A stretch of 62,800 bases of DNA, filler included, from Sphacelaria rigidula (GCA_964200075.2; 9 parts of 9 records of this genome joined end to end with filler, not necessarily neighbours in it); one strand, 5' to 3'; positions 1-13,879 are shown, counted from the first letter of the whole stretch. A program made the numbers and translations. The notes: generated by a model from the letters alone, not told the origin.

Positions 1-124
1 GAGCGTTATCAATTCACAACAAGCTCGTTCGAACAACCGTTGCTGCTTTCAACGACGATTTGACTCGGAATTTCGTGCAAGAAGTGGCCCAAAATAGCCC
101 CCCCGCTATCGTAGGATGACTCTG

Positions 125-698
125 CTGTTAGATGTCATGGTCACTTGTTTTTGTTGCATTGCGGGGGGCAGTGGGAGGAATGCATTCTATGTACTTCGAG
201 GTATATAGTGCATGTCCTCCCACTGCCCCCTGCAATGCAACAAAAGCAAGCGACCATGACATGTACCAGCAACGATCACGACGAAGCTGGCAGTCCAGGG
301 GTCGAAGGATGGGTGGAGCCGGACCATCTTATTCCGCTGAGTGAGAGGCGATCTTTCTGGTTATTTTCCTGTTCCTGTTGAGATCGCCTCTCACTCAGCG
401 GAATAAGATGCGTCCGGCTCCGCCGATCCTTCGACCCCTGGACTGCCAGCTTCGTCGTGATCGTTGCTGGTACATGTAATGGTCGCTTGCTTTTGTTGCA
501 TTGCGGGGGGCAGTGGGAGGACATGCATCATATACCTCGAAGTATGTAGAATACATGTCCTCCCACTGCCCCCCGCAATGCAACAAAAACAAGTGACCAT
601 GACATCTAACAGAAGCGATCACGACGAAGCTGGCAGTGCAGTGGTCGAAGGATCGGCGGAGGTACACGCACCTTATTCAGCTGAGTGAGGGGCGATCT
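125..698. repeat. Nested palindrome / foldback repeat
   Basis: ~125-354 is the near reverse complement of ~381-612; 381-698 is itself a palindrome (AGATCGCCTCTCACTCAGC...GCTGAGTGAGGGGCGATCT) around a central TTGCATTGCGGGGGGCAGTGGGAGGA / TCCTCCCACTGCCCCCCGCAATGCAA stem. Confidence 0.9.
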
Positions 699-706
699 TC
701 CTGTTT

Positions 707-957
707 TGTGATCAGTGTGTGTGTGTGTGTGTGTTTTCCTCTCTTATGCCGGTGGTATTCAACGTAATAAAATAGATATCTACATACCTTCGTTTGATCG
801 ACTTCCATCTCGACAACTGGAGTTGTGCTAGATACCTTTTACTTTCTGGGTATGCAATCGGTGCTGCTTGAACCGGTGTGTGCTCACGACATAGACTTGG
901 GCTAGTACATACGCTTTTACCATGGGTGGTACAGAAAGCGAGCAGCATAGAGGTACA
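707..957 (+). repeat. 5' LTR of copia element (probably 5'-truncated)
   Basis: TGTGATCAGTGTGTG...CCGGTGTGTGCTC shared with 6564-6733; a CA at 956-957 lies just before a PBS-like motif. Confidence 0.75.
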
Positions 958-961
958 AATA

Positions 962-973
962 TGATAGCAGAGG
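962..973 (+). promoter_or_regulatory. Putative primer-binding site (initiator tRNA-Met-like)
   Basis: TGATAGCAGAGG, one mismatch from TGGTAGCAGAGG, directly after the LTR. Confidence 0.55.
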
Positions 974-1065
974 GGGACGGTTCCGCTCAAGTGTGGTTAG
1001 TCTCGCCGGAAGATCACCATAGTTTTAAGGAATAGCACGCTGAAAGGGCTAGAGAAGCTCCCGCA

Positions 1066-4000
1066 ATGGTGGGAACAGAAGGCCCGCCACGTCAAGAAGC
1101 TGCTCCGATGGACTTCGGAGCAAGGGGAATACCGCTCAGCAGCTGGAATGGTGCTCAATCCGGAGGAGCTGCAGGTACTCAAGTCAATATGACGGCGTTG
1201 GGTAGGATGTCCGGTCATGCATTCCCAAATGCAATAGATTCGAGTACGGGTGTTGATGCACAGAGTCAGAGTGACACCCAAGGTACGTCGAGACTATTGA
1301 GAGTCGATTCTCGAACATTGGGGGCTCGACAAATTTGTCCCTTCGACAGCAATGAGGGCCATGCATGGGTGAATTTTAAGCGAGAAATTGAGCGGTATGC
1401 TTGATGTACGGATTCGGCGAGGGATTGTTTTGAGACGCTGTGCTTGGTGTTTTTCCTTTGAATGAGCAGCAGCTACTAGGGTTGGGTGTAAGTTCGGACG
1501 ACATCAAACGAGCACGATTTGCGTATATTTTGTTGCTCAACGCTGTCAAGGATGGGGTCGGTAGACACATACTTTTCGAGTCGCAATCTCCTTATATAAC
1601 ATGGCGTGCTGTGGATGAATAGTTTTCTCCGGAAACATCAGGCTCAAAGATGGACGTTTTGGCCGAGTTCAAGAACCAAAAGCACAGCAAGGGTCAAGAC
1701 ACTGATGAGTTCTGGATTTGATTACAGTCGCTGCTGTCGCGTGCTAGGTCGCTGGGATCGGAGATTGCTCAAGAGACTGTCGTGGACAAGTTTCTTGATA
1801 CCCTTCCCTCTGAGTACACCACTGTACGAGATATACTATGTTTTGAGCCGTCACTGCTGAAGGATGAAACACGGGCCGTTGTCGATGATGAATATCTGTC
1901 GCTCAAGAAAACAGGTGATTCGCTTAGTGCAGGTCACAACCATGCACTCTACACAGACAACAAAAGTTCCACCCCCAAGGGTAAGGGTTAAGGGATTGGG
2001 AATAGATTGCAAAAATCAGCGACAGCATATAGTACTTGTAAGGTTCAGGGTAACGGCGGTACGGCTGGAACTACTGGCGGCAGTTTTCAAACAAACACAC
2101 AGAAAACTGGAAGGAAGAATCTAACGTGTTTCGAGTGTGGTAAGACCGGTCATTTCAAATCGGAATGCCCTGAACGTGTTTGTGAAGAATGTGGAGGCAA
2201 GGGACACTCCAAGGGGATGGTTGCGATGTGTACATCGGACAATTTCAAGAAATCCGGAGATTTTGGATACGATGCAACGGAGACTAAGACTGGTAAACAC
2301 GCGTCCGCAGTAAACAGTGTACAAGATGATTACCCAATCCTAGGTGAAGGGGGCAAGGGGGTTTGGATAGCAGATAGCGGAGGATCATGCCACATGACTC
2401 CATCGAAGGAGAGAATGCGTGATTACGAGCCTTGCACGGGTGTATCGGTCACTGTAGCGAACAGCCATGAAGTACCGATAGCAGGTATTGGCAAACGCTT
2501 GGCATTAACGGTTGGTGACGATGATCAACTAATTTTCAGTATCAACAGAGTGGCACATGCCCCGGAGTTAGACATAAGTTTTCTTTCCCTGCAGGGTGTG
2601 GCCGTGGAACATGATTTACGGATTAGTATGACGAAGAGGGTGACTGCGATAACTCTGCCTGATGAGAGGGAAGTGTTGTTTAAGAAGGAAGGAAGGAATG
2701 GTATCATGGTTTTCACTCGATTTTCACCATCAACCACCTAGACGGATCGCAGAGCTGACCACCATGAGTCTGGAAATGCTGTTCTCGCCCCTGAAAAGAT
2801 GAAAATCAACCTCGATCAGGTGGACAGTAATCAGTTTCATCAGTCTCATGGCCACCTGCACGAGAGCTTGCTGCGAGAAACCGCGAAGCAGCAAGGGGTG
2901 TCTATGGTGGGAAAGTTGGAGGAGTGCAAGGGGTGCTCCATGGCCAAGGGGCTGCGAAAGCCCATTCCGATTCCAACCAATACTAGAGGAGAAACACCGT
3001 TTGAACGAGTGTTCATGGATGCATCCGAACCGAAGTTAGTTGAGATTACGGGAAGTATGAAATATCCGTTTCTAATTCGGGATGACTTCTCGCGGAAAAT
3101 TTGGATGTATTTCGAGAAACACAAGTCTGGCACTACGAGAGCATTCGAGCAGTGCCTCGCAGATGTAGGTGCAAAGTGCATTCCCTCGGTGGTGGAAACT
3201 GTAAGGTCGGACGGCGGTGGAGAATTTGCTGGGTCTTTCAGCGACCTGTGTAGGACACGAGGGATTAGACAGGAGTGCACCCCAGCACAGTCCTGAGCAT
3301 AACGGTGTGGCTGAGCGTGCGATAGCAATGGTCGAGCAGGCCGCTATGGCTGCACGAATTTAAGCGAAGGTACTGTACGATGTTGATGTTCCGGCAAGAA
3401 TGTGGGCTGAATCGTATTGTTGGGCAGCAGACGCATTAAATCGCTCTGATGCCACGGCTAACCCTGTTAAAAAGTCTTTAGATAAACTATACTATGGTGT
3501 AGTACCTCAGGTTAAGCTTTTGCCTTTCTTCAAGCCGGGTTACGTTAAGTACAAGAGAAAGTCAAAGTGTATGCCCAAAGCACAGGAGTGTTTTTACTCA
3601 GGACCTGGTTACAACTACCCTCGTGACTCCATGAGAATGCAGACGAAGGGTAGATATGTCATTCCCACTCGCAATGTCACTTGGTGCCGTTTACCGGTTC
3701 CGTTTTCTAGGCGGGGTGAAGAAATCTCGCAGGATGTAGAGAGCGGGGAGGGCGATGCCGAAGACTCTGATTCAGGGGAGTCGGACCTCGGAGTGAGGGG
3801 GGGCAATCACGGATGATGCGGTGTCCGAGGAGCGTGAAAGAGATGGCAATGAGCGGTCGGAACCTGAGCAGGGACCACACAATAACGACGGCGAGAACAC
3901 AGTGGAGCAGCCGCTTGCGTTGTCTACGTCGTCTACATCGTCTGCACCATCTTCCGGTCGTGATTCGTCGGAGATATCGTCTGTCGGTGGCGATGATGCC

Positions 4001-5967
4001 GCGAACTAACTAGATTCGGTTGAGCCTACGCTGGGTCGGACGAGGCAACATACACGACTGCTACAGCAACAATGCCAAGAACAGCGGCTGCATCAACATG
4101 TTCCTGACCTACAACATCTAGAAGGCGATCACAGTGCGTTGTGGGTAACGACGGAGGATTTGTGGAGCGCCGACAGGATGTTGGCATTCCTGGGCGACAC
4201 GGACGGCCCAAGAAAAACAGGGGAGTCTGAGTTGCAGGTTATTCCATATGTTACTCTTGATGAGATGGAGGTAGCACCGAAGACGGTAAAGGATGTATAC
4301 AATTCTCAGTGCAAGAGAGTGTGGATTGATGCAATGAACAGAGAGGTGGAAGGATTGGAACGTAACAACACGTGGACAGTTGTAGACTCATCGCCAGTGG
4401 GAGAGAAAGCACCAGATTCCAAGTGGATTTTTCAGTGGAAGACTGATGAGCATGGTTATGTGATGAAGACAAAAGCTTGATTGGGTTCCAGGGGCGATCG
4501 TCGAGAGATTGGCGATATTCCAACGTTATTATCTACCCCTTCCTCAACAACCAACAGAGTAGCCGCGGCGGTAGTTCGCGTCGAGGGTAGAGGCCATTTT
4601 TCACTTTGACGTCAAGTAAGCTTTCTTACAAATTGAGCTGAAAGATTAAGTGTACATGTGGTTGCCACCAGGTCTAGGTGAACGGTCAGGTACTGTCGTA
4701 CACCTGAGGAAAAGTTCGTATGGGATTCGAGAAGCGGCTCAAAAATGGTTTGGTAAGCTGAGGAAAACTCTGAAAGATCTGGGCTTCGACCAGAGTTTGA
4801 TCGACCCGTGCACTTACAGGATGATGGACGGGAAGGAGGTTAAGGTTCTGATTGTGGTGCATGTCGATGACTTGTTCGTGGTTGTGATGCACACAAGTTG
4901 GCTGCTGATCTCAACTGTCACTTTCTGACGGAATATCTTGAAGAACTGGTCTTGTATGCGGGGTGCAAATACAGGCACGACCTCGAGAAGGGTACTCTGA
5001 AATTGTCACAGACTGCATATACCCAATGGATTCCAAACAGGTTTTCCATCGCTGCGGCCGCAGCGACCCCCGCGTATGTTTCACGTTCTTTCAAGGTTGA
5101 TGAGGGAGAAGACTTTGGGGGGAGGTATCACGAGGCGGTAGGATCGCTGTGTGGCTCTCTAGTTACACTCGCCCGACATCGCCAATGCCGTGAGAGCTGC
5201 CTCCAGGCACAACGAGAACCCGACAGCAGAAGACTGGCGCGAAGTGTTGAGGATTTTTGAATACCTGAGGACTACGGTAGATTTAGGAATTGAGTGATGC
5301 TACGGTAGGGGTGCAGAAATATTTTCTGAGGTTAGAATTGTTAGGAGCCCTTTATCTAATGCAAAATGCGACCTATGTAAATATGTGAAAGTACGCCAGG
5401 ATTACNNNNNNNNNNGAATCGTTAGGAGCCCCTGAACTAGACATAATTTCGCGAAAAAAGTGCACCCCTACCGTAGCATTGCTCAATTAAATATGTCAGG
5501 GGTTCGAGCGACGAGTTGGTAGCGTATGTAGATGCCGACGACGATCGGCGTTCAGTGTCGGGAGGATCAATATTTTTCTGTGGGGCTGTGGTTGGGTTTT
5601 TCTCTCGGACTCGGAAGAATGTGACGTTGTCTACGACTCAAGCTGAGTTTGTAACGATGGGGGTGTGGGATGCTCTTTTTGTGAAGGCGGTACTGAAATT
5701 TATGAAACCGCAGAGGAAAGACTTTTGCATTCCGGTGACAGTAAACGAGGACAACCAGGGAGCTTTTCAGCTCGCAAATAATCCGCGAAGCTCCCACAAC
5801 AGTAAGCATATAGATATACGTCATCGCTTTTTGGAGAGTTGGTGTCTAAGCAGGTCAGTCGAGTGGAGTATGTCCCGACAGATCAACAGCATGCTGATGT
5901 GCTGACAAAACCGTCACCTGTGGATAGTTTCCGGTACCACAGGAGTGTTTTGATGGACATCAAGTAA
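1066..5967 (+). pseudogene. Copia gag-pol polyprotein, many stops and frameshifts
   Basis: Zinc knuckle CFECGKTGHFKSEC; protease WIADSGGSCHMT; HGHL..CKGC; integrase VRSDGGGEF and NGVAER; RT WIDAMNREVEGLERNNTW, LRKSSYG, VHVDDL; RNaseH YVDAD, EDNQGA, SKHIDIRH. Confidence 0.95.
5292..5484 (+). mobile_element. MITE family A (GAG..CTC termini), TSD AATT
   Basis: TIR GAGTGATGCTACGGTAGGGGTGCA / TGCACCCCTACCGTAGCATTGCTC; AATT at 5288-5291 and 5485-5488; removal restores copia DLGIKYVRG; contains a 10-N gap. Confidence 0.9.
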
Positions 5968-6489
5968 CTTAGGCAACTTTGTCGACTGAGGTATGAGTCT
6001 CGGACCTTGTACGGGTTATATGTCAAGCTGTGAACGGTTTGATTGAGATGTCGCCGCGAGGTGCAACTTGGTGTGTCCCATTACAGGGAAAGTGTATTCT
6101 CATGAAATCCGTGTCATACGTGGAGGCTAGACTGTATATCGGTTTGAACTTGGATGCGACTTGTGCTCGTAGAAAACATTTTTCTCTAGGGTTTGAAGTT
6201 TGAAGTTTTCCTCCAATTTCCGTGAGTGCGTTTGTTTCCATATGTTCGAATTCCCAATAAGAAAAAATAGAAAGGGTGTTGATCATGTGGTAGTTTGACT
6301 CATGGGAAACAGCGTGAGACGCAAGAGCGTAAGATCCAGTATAATGTTCCGATAATGTTAGTAGAAAAGTGCGGCGGATTACCCGACGACACGGACTGGT
6401 TCTGGGAAAGATTTTCTTCTCATTTTCCTTCTCAAAGTGACAAGGAACAGACGTAGAGTTGTCTCAAGGTGTGCTGTGCGTTCTCGATT

Positions 6490-6733
6490 GGAAGAAATAA
6501 GGGACATTTGTCATAGCTTACGGAGGAGGTGATGAAGGTGTACGTTCGCAGCCCTCGCCCCTCTGTGATCAGTGTGTGTGCGTTTTTCCTCTCATGCCGG
6601 TGGTATTCAACGTAGTAAAATAGATATCTACATACCTTCGTTTGATCGACTACCATCTCGACAACTGGAGTTGTGCGAGATACCTTCTACTTTCCGGGTG
6701 AGCAATCAATGCTGCTTGAACCGGTGTGTGCTC
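6490..6733 (+). repeat. Polypurine tract plus 3' LTR of copia element (3'-truncated)
   Basis: GGAAGAAATAAGGGA at 6490-6504, TG at 6509, and 6564-6733 matches the 5' LTR. Confidence 0.7.
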
Positions 6734-6890
6734 GAAGTATATCGACATGGTACAGTGTTTACGCCGAAGGCAATATAGTACGAAGTTCAAGCCGAACGCA
6801 AACACACCTCCACGTGAGCAGGAGAAGGCTGGCAGGGTGGCGGCCTGAATAATTCCACCTGTTGAAGACGCCAAGAAGGGATACATTCGT

Positions 6891-6990
6891 NNNNNNNNNN
6901 NNNNNNNNNNNNNNNNNNNNNNNNNNNNNNNNNNTTAATTAATTAANNNNNNNNNNNNNNNNNNNNNNNNNNNNNNNNNNNNNNNNNNNN
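6891..6990. other. Artificial contig linker
   Basis: 44 N + TTAATTAATTAA (stops in all six frames) + 44 N; identical block recurs every 6,988-6,989 bp. Confidence 0.97.
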
Positions 6991-7110
6991 ATCCTACTAA
7001 GATCGTTCGGCCCAAAGCCTACTGATAATCTTGCATATGGATGACAGCTAACAATAAGTTGCTTTATTTTCTGGTATCGCCACTTCCAGAGACAGCCATG
7101 GCTTTTACAT
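6991..7110 (+). repeat. Dispersed repeat fragment, second copy ~35135-35255
   Basis: AAGATYGTTCGGCCC..GCCTAC..ATCTTGCAT..ATGACAGC..TTTTCTGGTATC..CAGAGACAGCCAYGGCTTTTACA present at both sites. Confidence 0.75.
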
Positions 7111-10100
7111 TTTACATTGCCTCATGGGTGTCTAACCTGATCTTCGGTCAGGGGGTGATCGGGAGCGGAGGATTAGCACGTGTAAAACTTGGCTGGCCAT
7201 TCCAACCTCTTGTGGTCGAGAAAGACAACTTAAACATTTTTGCCACTGCCCAAGGAACGAAGAGGCATACGGAGATGTACACTGTTACCCAACAAACCAG
7301 CATGAGTACAACTCCAAGCTGTCGACCAATACACTGACCGATAACCTCAATTGAACTGTGCCAATCGATAACAGCCTGCGTACTCAGATAATATTAGATG
7401 CACAATCCTGCTCGTGAAACCAGAAAATTCAAAGCGCCAAATGAGGAAGTCCGAGCTTGCTTCCTTCGCTGCGATACAAGTAACAAGCCTGACAACTATA
7501 CTGTGCCGAATCCCGAGGGTGATATGACGGCCTCACAAAACCACGACGTCCGAAAATCCATCATGTTCAACCCGACGGATGCGGATTACCGACAGCAGCC
7601 CCTATTTTGATTAGGGGTCGTGGAATCAGACGAGTTGAAGAACGGCACGGAGCGGAACTCCGGATTTGCCAAACTCGCCATCAGCCCCTCAAGTTTTTCA
7701 TCACCTCTACTTATCGCCCGTGCCCACTTAGCGTCCACTAATGACTACAAAAGCCATACCCGACAACTCGTCGGACTGTCAGTGTAAAAAATTTCGAAAC
7801 AGAAAGCATGAGCGGTCGAAGGGACGCGTTTTCACCAAACTGCAGCGAACCACGAAAGCCTGCCCACCGATTGCACCGCGTGCTCTCAACGGCATATGTG
7901 CCACAGCTCATTCCACTGCTATAGTGCGCGGCACACTCGCGCTTGAGTGCACTATGCGTGACAGTGTCTTGCCAAGGTCCGCGGTGTCTGCGTTTACAAA
8001 ACATGCACGTCGACATGCTATGGGGATCGTCACTGACGGTCGGTCGGAGGTTGGGAGGGTGTTTGCACTATGCATCCTCTTTGCGGCACTGCACCTGGGA
8101 TGCGATGGCGTGTAAGCTGTGGAAAGTCGATCCCAGTCGGAGCCAATCGTTGCTGGTAAGCCGCGGTGCCGCGGCGGATAAATTCTGGAGAAACGGTCGG
8201 GCAAGTATGGAGGGGGTGGGGGCACTTAGATTGTAGTGTGAAAGCCACATATGTACGTGCGTCTCAGAATCCGATGTCACAATATACATAAACGATCGAC
8301 GAGAGACCCCTGTGCCGCAGAGGAGACCACTCCAACAGTGACGTGGGACAGACAAGCCCGAAGAGCCCGTCTTACCCACATTTGTCAGATCTTGTGTTCC
8401 TAGAACATAACTACATCACCCATGAGCACGATATCATCAAGCCGGGTGCGCACGTTGGCAAAACGCGTCTGATCCCCCTCTTGCCTAGATAAAACAGCCA
8501 AAATAAGTCGCGCCCGGTCTACCCTCGGCATCAGGACACATACAGCGGCCGTTAGAAGGAGGAGCTAGAAACACCCCTTCCTCGGCACCTCCCATAGTCC
8601 CACAGTAGAGGACAAAAAAACGCGCAGTTGTCATATTGGCGGCACCACGATGTTGACCTTTTACATTCCTCACCAGGACGTCGCCGGTTCAAATTCTGGC
8701 CCTCCTGTTCAACCCAACGAAATAAAGTAATCGCTCGCATCGAAGCGGGCAACAGCCGTAAAATTGGAAGGAGATTGCAAAAAGCGCTGGTTTACCAGCA
8801 AGCAGAGTTCACAAGCTCACGGAAAAGTCTTTCGCGTAATTTTTTGGCTTGGTGATCCAATACGCGTAAGAGACGTGCGAGAAAAAGTTGAAATACATGT
8901 CCTCATCGCTAGTCGGAAAACGGTTGTCTCCACAAACCCCTCCTCGTAAAAAAACGTCCAAATAGGCTCACAGAATGGGGGGGTGATGTGGATACCACCA
9001 CATAGAGGGCCCAAAATCTCAACTATCCGTCGAGGACCTGTTATCTCTTGACAGTAGAGGTTATTGCATTTTGTATCGCAGTCAGCGATCAAACGCGTCT
9101 CGCGGCGATGGCAACAGTCGACATACCACATACAGTCCTGTACTGCATAATACGGAACCCGGAGAATTCTCTTTTAGCTGCGTGAAGCACTACTCAATAG
9201 AACCAGGACGTGCGCTTGTCCATCAACAGGGTCTAACCTACGAGTGCAGCTGAGCCGCTCAGGGCGAACCTTTACCGCTCCCATTGCGGCTCACGTGCTG
9301 CAATATGGTACAGAACTGACTCACTAGCAAGCGAGATCGATCATGGTCCTCACTCAACCCCTACTTGTTGGCCTCACCCGAAACAGGAACAACTTCTCAC
9401 TGGTTTATACGAATTCGTTCAGGGCCCGTAGATGAGTCCGCTTCGTAGTTCCTACTTCTTACATGAGTTCATTTTTTTTTTCACCAAAATGGTTTTGGAT
9501 AGCAGGTCATTCATGTATGCCTTCGTAATATCTCAAGGCCCCGATTTTGCAGAGGCTCAACATATGCTATGGGGTTCAGCTGGTGGTCGTAACCTCCAAT
9601 CCAGACTGTTTACCTCGCTTCAAGCGAGTCACACCAACTTCAGCTACTTCGAATCCTCTAGCCTCTTCTTGTGCTTCGGTATACTGCATGCAGCCGCCGG
9701 CACCCCTAACGTGCCTTTGTGGGTTACGTGCGACATCTCAAACCCAACAAACCTATTCGTGTGACCCTCTGTCTTCCTGTGATCCGAGGGTTCACTCTGG
9801 TTCTTGTGGTGGCACGTGCTGCTCCCATCGATATAGAGACTGTTATGACCACAGCTGAGAACGCCTATGCACTGACTAACGCACACGCCGGAAACTGTGG
9901 CGCAACCGCGAACGGCGATCAACACATTTTAGAAACACCCGTAAACGTGAAATTAAAGGCAAATGTGCGCGATTCCGCCGTTTTCACGCCATACATGCGC
10001 CCGTTTATACGCCATCACAATTTTGTGACGGAACGAAGTAGTATGATGAATGAAAGTAAAAACTTGTCGTTTGATAGTGTTCTCCCGGGGTTTCCTCCCG

Positions 10101-10721
10101 TTTTGAGGGGGCTGCAAATACTCCGCACCGACCGGAAAGCTGCCGCACAACTGACGCAGTTCTTCGAGATGCACGCAAAACATTTTGTGGTGGGCTCTCT
10201 ATAGACATTTCTTACACGGACATCTCCAGCTTCGAACTTCACCCTCTCAATATTACACGATTGCGATGGGCTTAGGTGTCAAAACCCCCTTCGTTACGTG
10301 GAGCCTTCGTCAAACCACCCGCGTCAAGACCTCTCCAGACCTCTCCAAATCAAACAATCAATTGTACAACTTTGGCACCTGTGTACCTCTGTTTCGCAAC
10401 GCTGTTTTGCGATGCTGAGATCTTGATGTGTGCTCATCCGCAGGCAGAACCACCGCGGAACGTGGCCGTGATAGCACTTGCTGTCACTTCAACATGAATA
10501 GTTACACGTGTTCAGAGAACTTTGGAGATGGCGAACCCCTGTTCAGTATACTTCACGGCGGTGGAGTACGGCCGCCAGCAAAGCGGCCCACTCTTGGTCG
10601 CAAGCGGCCAAAGTGGTCGAGAATTGCATTGAAAAATGGCCCCAAGATTGGTTGCGATTGGCTTTGAACAGGTCGCACCCGCTCCAATCCCATGCGCATG
10701 GGCTCTCACACGAAAAACATA

Positions 10722-11370
10722 CGATTGATTGAGTGATTGGTCGACTGACTGACTGGTTGACCGTCGCACATGAACCAATCCGCGACGAATAAAGCCACCG
10801 TCATAAAATCGACGTGCCCAGCGTTAATCATCCGAAAAACTCGTTCAAGTAAACTCAAGAAAGGGGAAATATGAAGAAGAGAGAACAGAGCAAACTGCAA
10901 ACAGGAAGAAACAAGCACAGGGGGGATTGAACATGGAAAGGAAAGAGAAGAGAAGAGCATTAAAAACACTGCGCTGATGTCTGGCACCTCTCCCGGAAAT
11001 TTAACGGCAGGCCCCTGCCGCATGACTTCAGGGGAGGAGTTCGTACATAGCAAAACAACGCAAGGCTGTGGAAGCAGCTTGCGACTCAGATATTCAATGA
11101 CCCTGCCATTTGGACAGGGACTCTTAATCACGACCTCTGCAGGAGCGGTCACAAATACCAACACGGCATGAGAAGAAAAAAAAAAGCGAAAGGAAGAAAG
11201 GAGGAAAGGAAGAGTAACAAAAAAAGGGGGAAAACGAAGAAGAGAGCGGAGGAGTAGAGAGAGAGAGAGGAATATAAAGGAGGCAGCAGAAAAAAAGTAA
11301 GGAAGACAGAAAAAATCCAGCGACGGAGACACTGAAACACAGAGGTAGAGCAACACCGCTAGTCAACATC
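10722..11370 (-). mobile_element. 3' region of a (CAAT)n-tailed non-LTR retroposon
   Basis: Minus strand ends ATGTGCGAC..CAATCACTCAATCAATC; shares ATGACTTCAGG block and long purine-rich tract with ~36385-36830. Confidence 0.55.
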
Positions 11371-12848
11371 GCTAACGTTGCAAGCCAAGAAGAGAGTTCA
11401 ACAACCGATAGGGCAAGTAGGTGTACGTGCTATATGCAAAAGATCATACCAAGCCTCCAGTCAAAGAAATCCCTGTGAGAGCGCTGCATGGTGTTCAAAA
11501 TGACCACACTTGCCCCATATTGTACCCAAGTAATCATCGTGGCTACTCTGCATCCTAGCTAACTTACCGAAACTAAGCTCAAGCAGTGGATGGTAGGGAA
11601 CACTGCAGTCAAGTAATCAGCTGCTCGACCTCCAAGTTCAAGTGAAGGAGTGTATGCAGCACGGGACTTTGATTTTACGTATTGGTCGGAGGAAATATGA
11701 GGTTGGTCGGAACGCCACAACTCGACACCTACGTTGAGTTAGCTACACAGAGTGTTCGGGTTCCAAGAAAATGTTAGGCCCATTGGAACGACCTCTTCTG
11801 CCGAACCAAGATTTGATTCTCATTAGCTCATTCTCGGCATCGAAGGCGATATACGCCCTTCTCGGCGTATTTATAGAAGGTGCTTGAGCGCTCGCCATTC
11901 ACCTACGAGGATGGCCATTCCTCGCGCTTTTGTGCGCCTCGGGTACATCTACAAAATGGCCAAGCTTTCCAAGATTGCTGTAATAACTTCATCACCATAA
12001 TCATACACACCCCGAAAATCGAAACGCAGTTCCACGAAAATCATTACTCCCGCACACCATTTCTCCTGCGGGGCCACCTGCTTAGGTTCTTCACGCCGGG
12101 CTGCGCCGACAATCGTCAAGACCGTCGAGTAGAGCCAACATTGACCGGATAAATGCAGAATAGAAGTCCGAATTTCAGAAGCCAATCAACCGTTAGTCGG
12201 CAAGAGAACAGAAATCGACACTGCAAACAAGAACCGTTGCAATCGGTACGTTCGTGAAAATAGTGAAGAAAACAAGCAGGGTGCCTTTGACAAACTGTTA
12301 AAATGCGCGAAAAGGTGCAGCAGGGTAGCAAAAGAGGAGTGGCGATTTTCAGTTATTTTTAGCCGTACGACAGCAGCAGCCATGGCACCCGCAGCTGCTC
12401 TGTGAACTGGGCTACCGCACAGCAACAAACACACAGGTCGCCCACATCGCGCAAATAACGCACGTTTTTGCCCGGCGCAGACAAGCTAAGGCCAAGTCCA
12501 TATTCTCCAGCAGTATGGGCAGAACGCGATGCTCGTCAGGAGGAACTATGAACTACACCACTCGACCATTCCACGACCATTTCACTCAAGTAGGTGACCA
12601 GACCGCTCGCTTAGCGCTGATTGAGTGGTCTCGTGGGTAGTACCTCCGGACGAATACGCGGTAGTACTTACTCTGAGAAGTGCTTCGGCCTCAGCCTCGA
12701 GCGCTGAGGTCGAGGTTGGGCTGGCTGACAGCAGCGGCCCAAGGAAAGACAGCAGCGGCCCAAGGAAAGACACAGCATTTTGGCTAGTACGGAGAATCGA
12801 TGACACCTACTGCCAAACCGCTCCGCACCACGTCCGCGCGGGAGCTGG

Positions 12849-13879
12849 GTGACTCCCACTGTCAAAGTGACCCGCACACGCAAGATGTACCGTGTTCATC
12901 ACCCGTTATACAACCGATGCCGGGGGGGGGGGGGCGCTAATCCGACTAATCATCGCCACCGCCGAAAGCATTGTTGCCGTAGCTCTCAGAGCAAACAGCG
13001 TCGAGCGTGCAAGCACAAAGATCGACTTGGTGGAAGTCGACGCGCGCCGGGCCCGCTGAACCCCGCGCAGGAACGAAGAGGCATGAACCACCGTAGGCAG
13101 AAGAGTGCGTGGAAACAGAGAATAGCACACAAACGCTGGATCAACTACCAACAGGAAAGGGACATAGCAAAACGAAGGAAGAGAAGGAGGGAAAGACAGG
13201 CACGGCAAGCAGCCAAGGCTCAGGCTCAGGCTCAGGCTCGATCCGAAGAGCTGGTGGTGGCCATTTGGAATATACGCACCGTGGCCCAGAGGGGTTCCAA
13301 CGGTACACGCCCCGCCGAGGACCTGCTTCCTGCTGTGTCCAAATACAACTGTGATTTCGTCGCCCTCCAAGAAACTCGGCGCGGTGGACGGACAGCCTTC
13401 CACGTACCGGCAGCAGGGTACATCGTTCACTGCAGCGGCCACTGCCATGGAGACGTGGGTAAACCAGGAATGCTCAGAGTCGGCCTCACCATTAAGGAGA
13501 CGATCACCAGCACGCTGGGCCCAGAAGCCATCGCCCCCGAACACGTGAGTGCCAGAATCCTCAAGGTACGAGTTGCTGTCAGGCATAGAGTCGCAACAAC
13601 CTCCATCGTAGGGTATGCTCCTACTGAGACAGCGCAAGGTTCTGAAAATACCAAGTTCTGGAAAACCCTCTGTAGTTCCATCACTCGAGTGCCCACCAAC
13701 GAGCACCTAGTACTCATGATGGATGCCAATGCTCATACTGGAAAGAGAGAAGGAGGAGGCATGGATGACGTCCGGGTATTGGGAGAGTATGGCAGAGATA
13801 CCCGAAAAGATAACGATAGACGCCTACTGAAGTGCGCTGCGGAACACAAAATGGCCATCACCAACACATTTTTTCGAAC
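12849..13879 (+). mobile_element. RTE-type LINE, apurinic-endonuclease domain (cut by contig end)
   Basis: Open frame with VAIWNIRT, DFVALQETR, RILKVR, GYAPTE, MDANAHTG, N.RRLL..A..HKMAITNTFF. Confidence 0.9.

Larger units (their letters stand above)
707..6733 (+). mobile_element. Ty1/copia LTR retrotransposon, decayed
   Basis: Direct repeats 707-885 and 6564-6733 flank gag-PR-INT-RT-RNaseH remnants in copia order. Confidence 0.95.

Noticed and set aside
6935-6946. TTAATTAATTAA recurring every ~7 kb as a biological periodic motif
   Set aside because: Always centred in an N block of fixed length; an assembly linker.
10706-11356. 216-aa Phe/Leu/Ser-rich membrane-like ORF
   Set aside because: Product of a low-complexity pyrimidine tract in a retroposon 3' region.
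7130-12500. Possible autonomous transposase, TnpB/Fanzor or other nuclease gene
   Set aside because: Only short broken frames; I recognised no DDE/D, RuvC or zinc-ribbon motif set.
12906-13706. 266-aa minus-strand ORF
   Set aside because: Antisense shadow of the LINE endonuclease.
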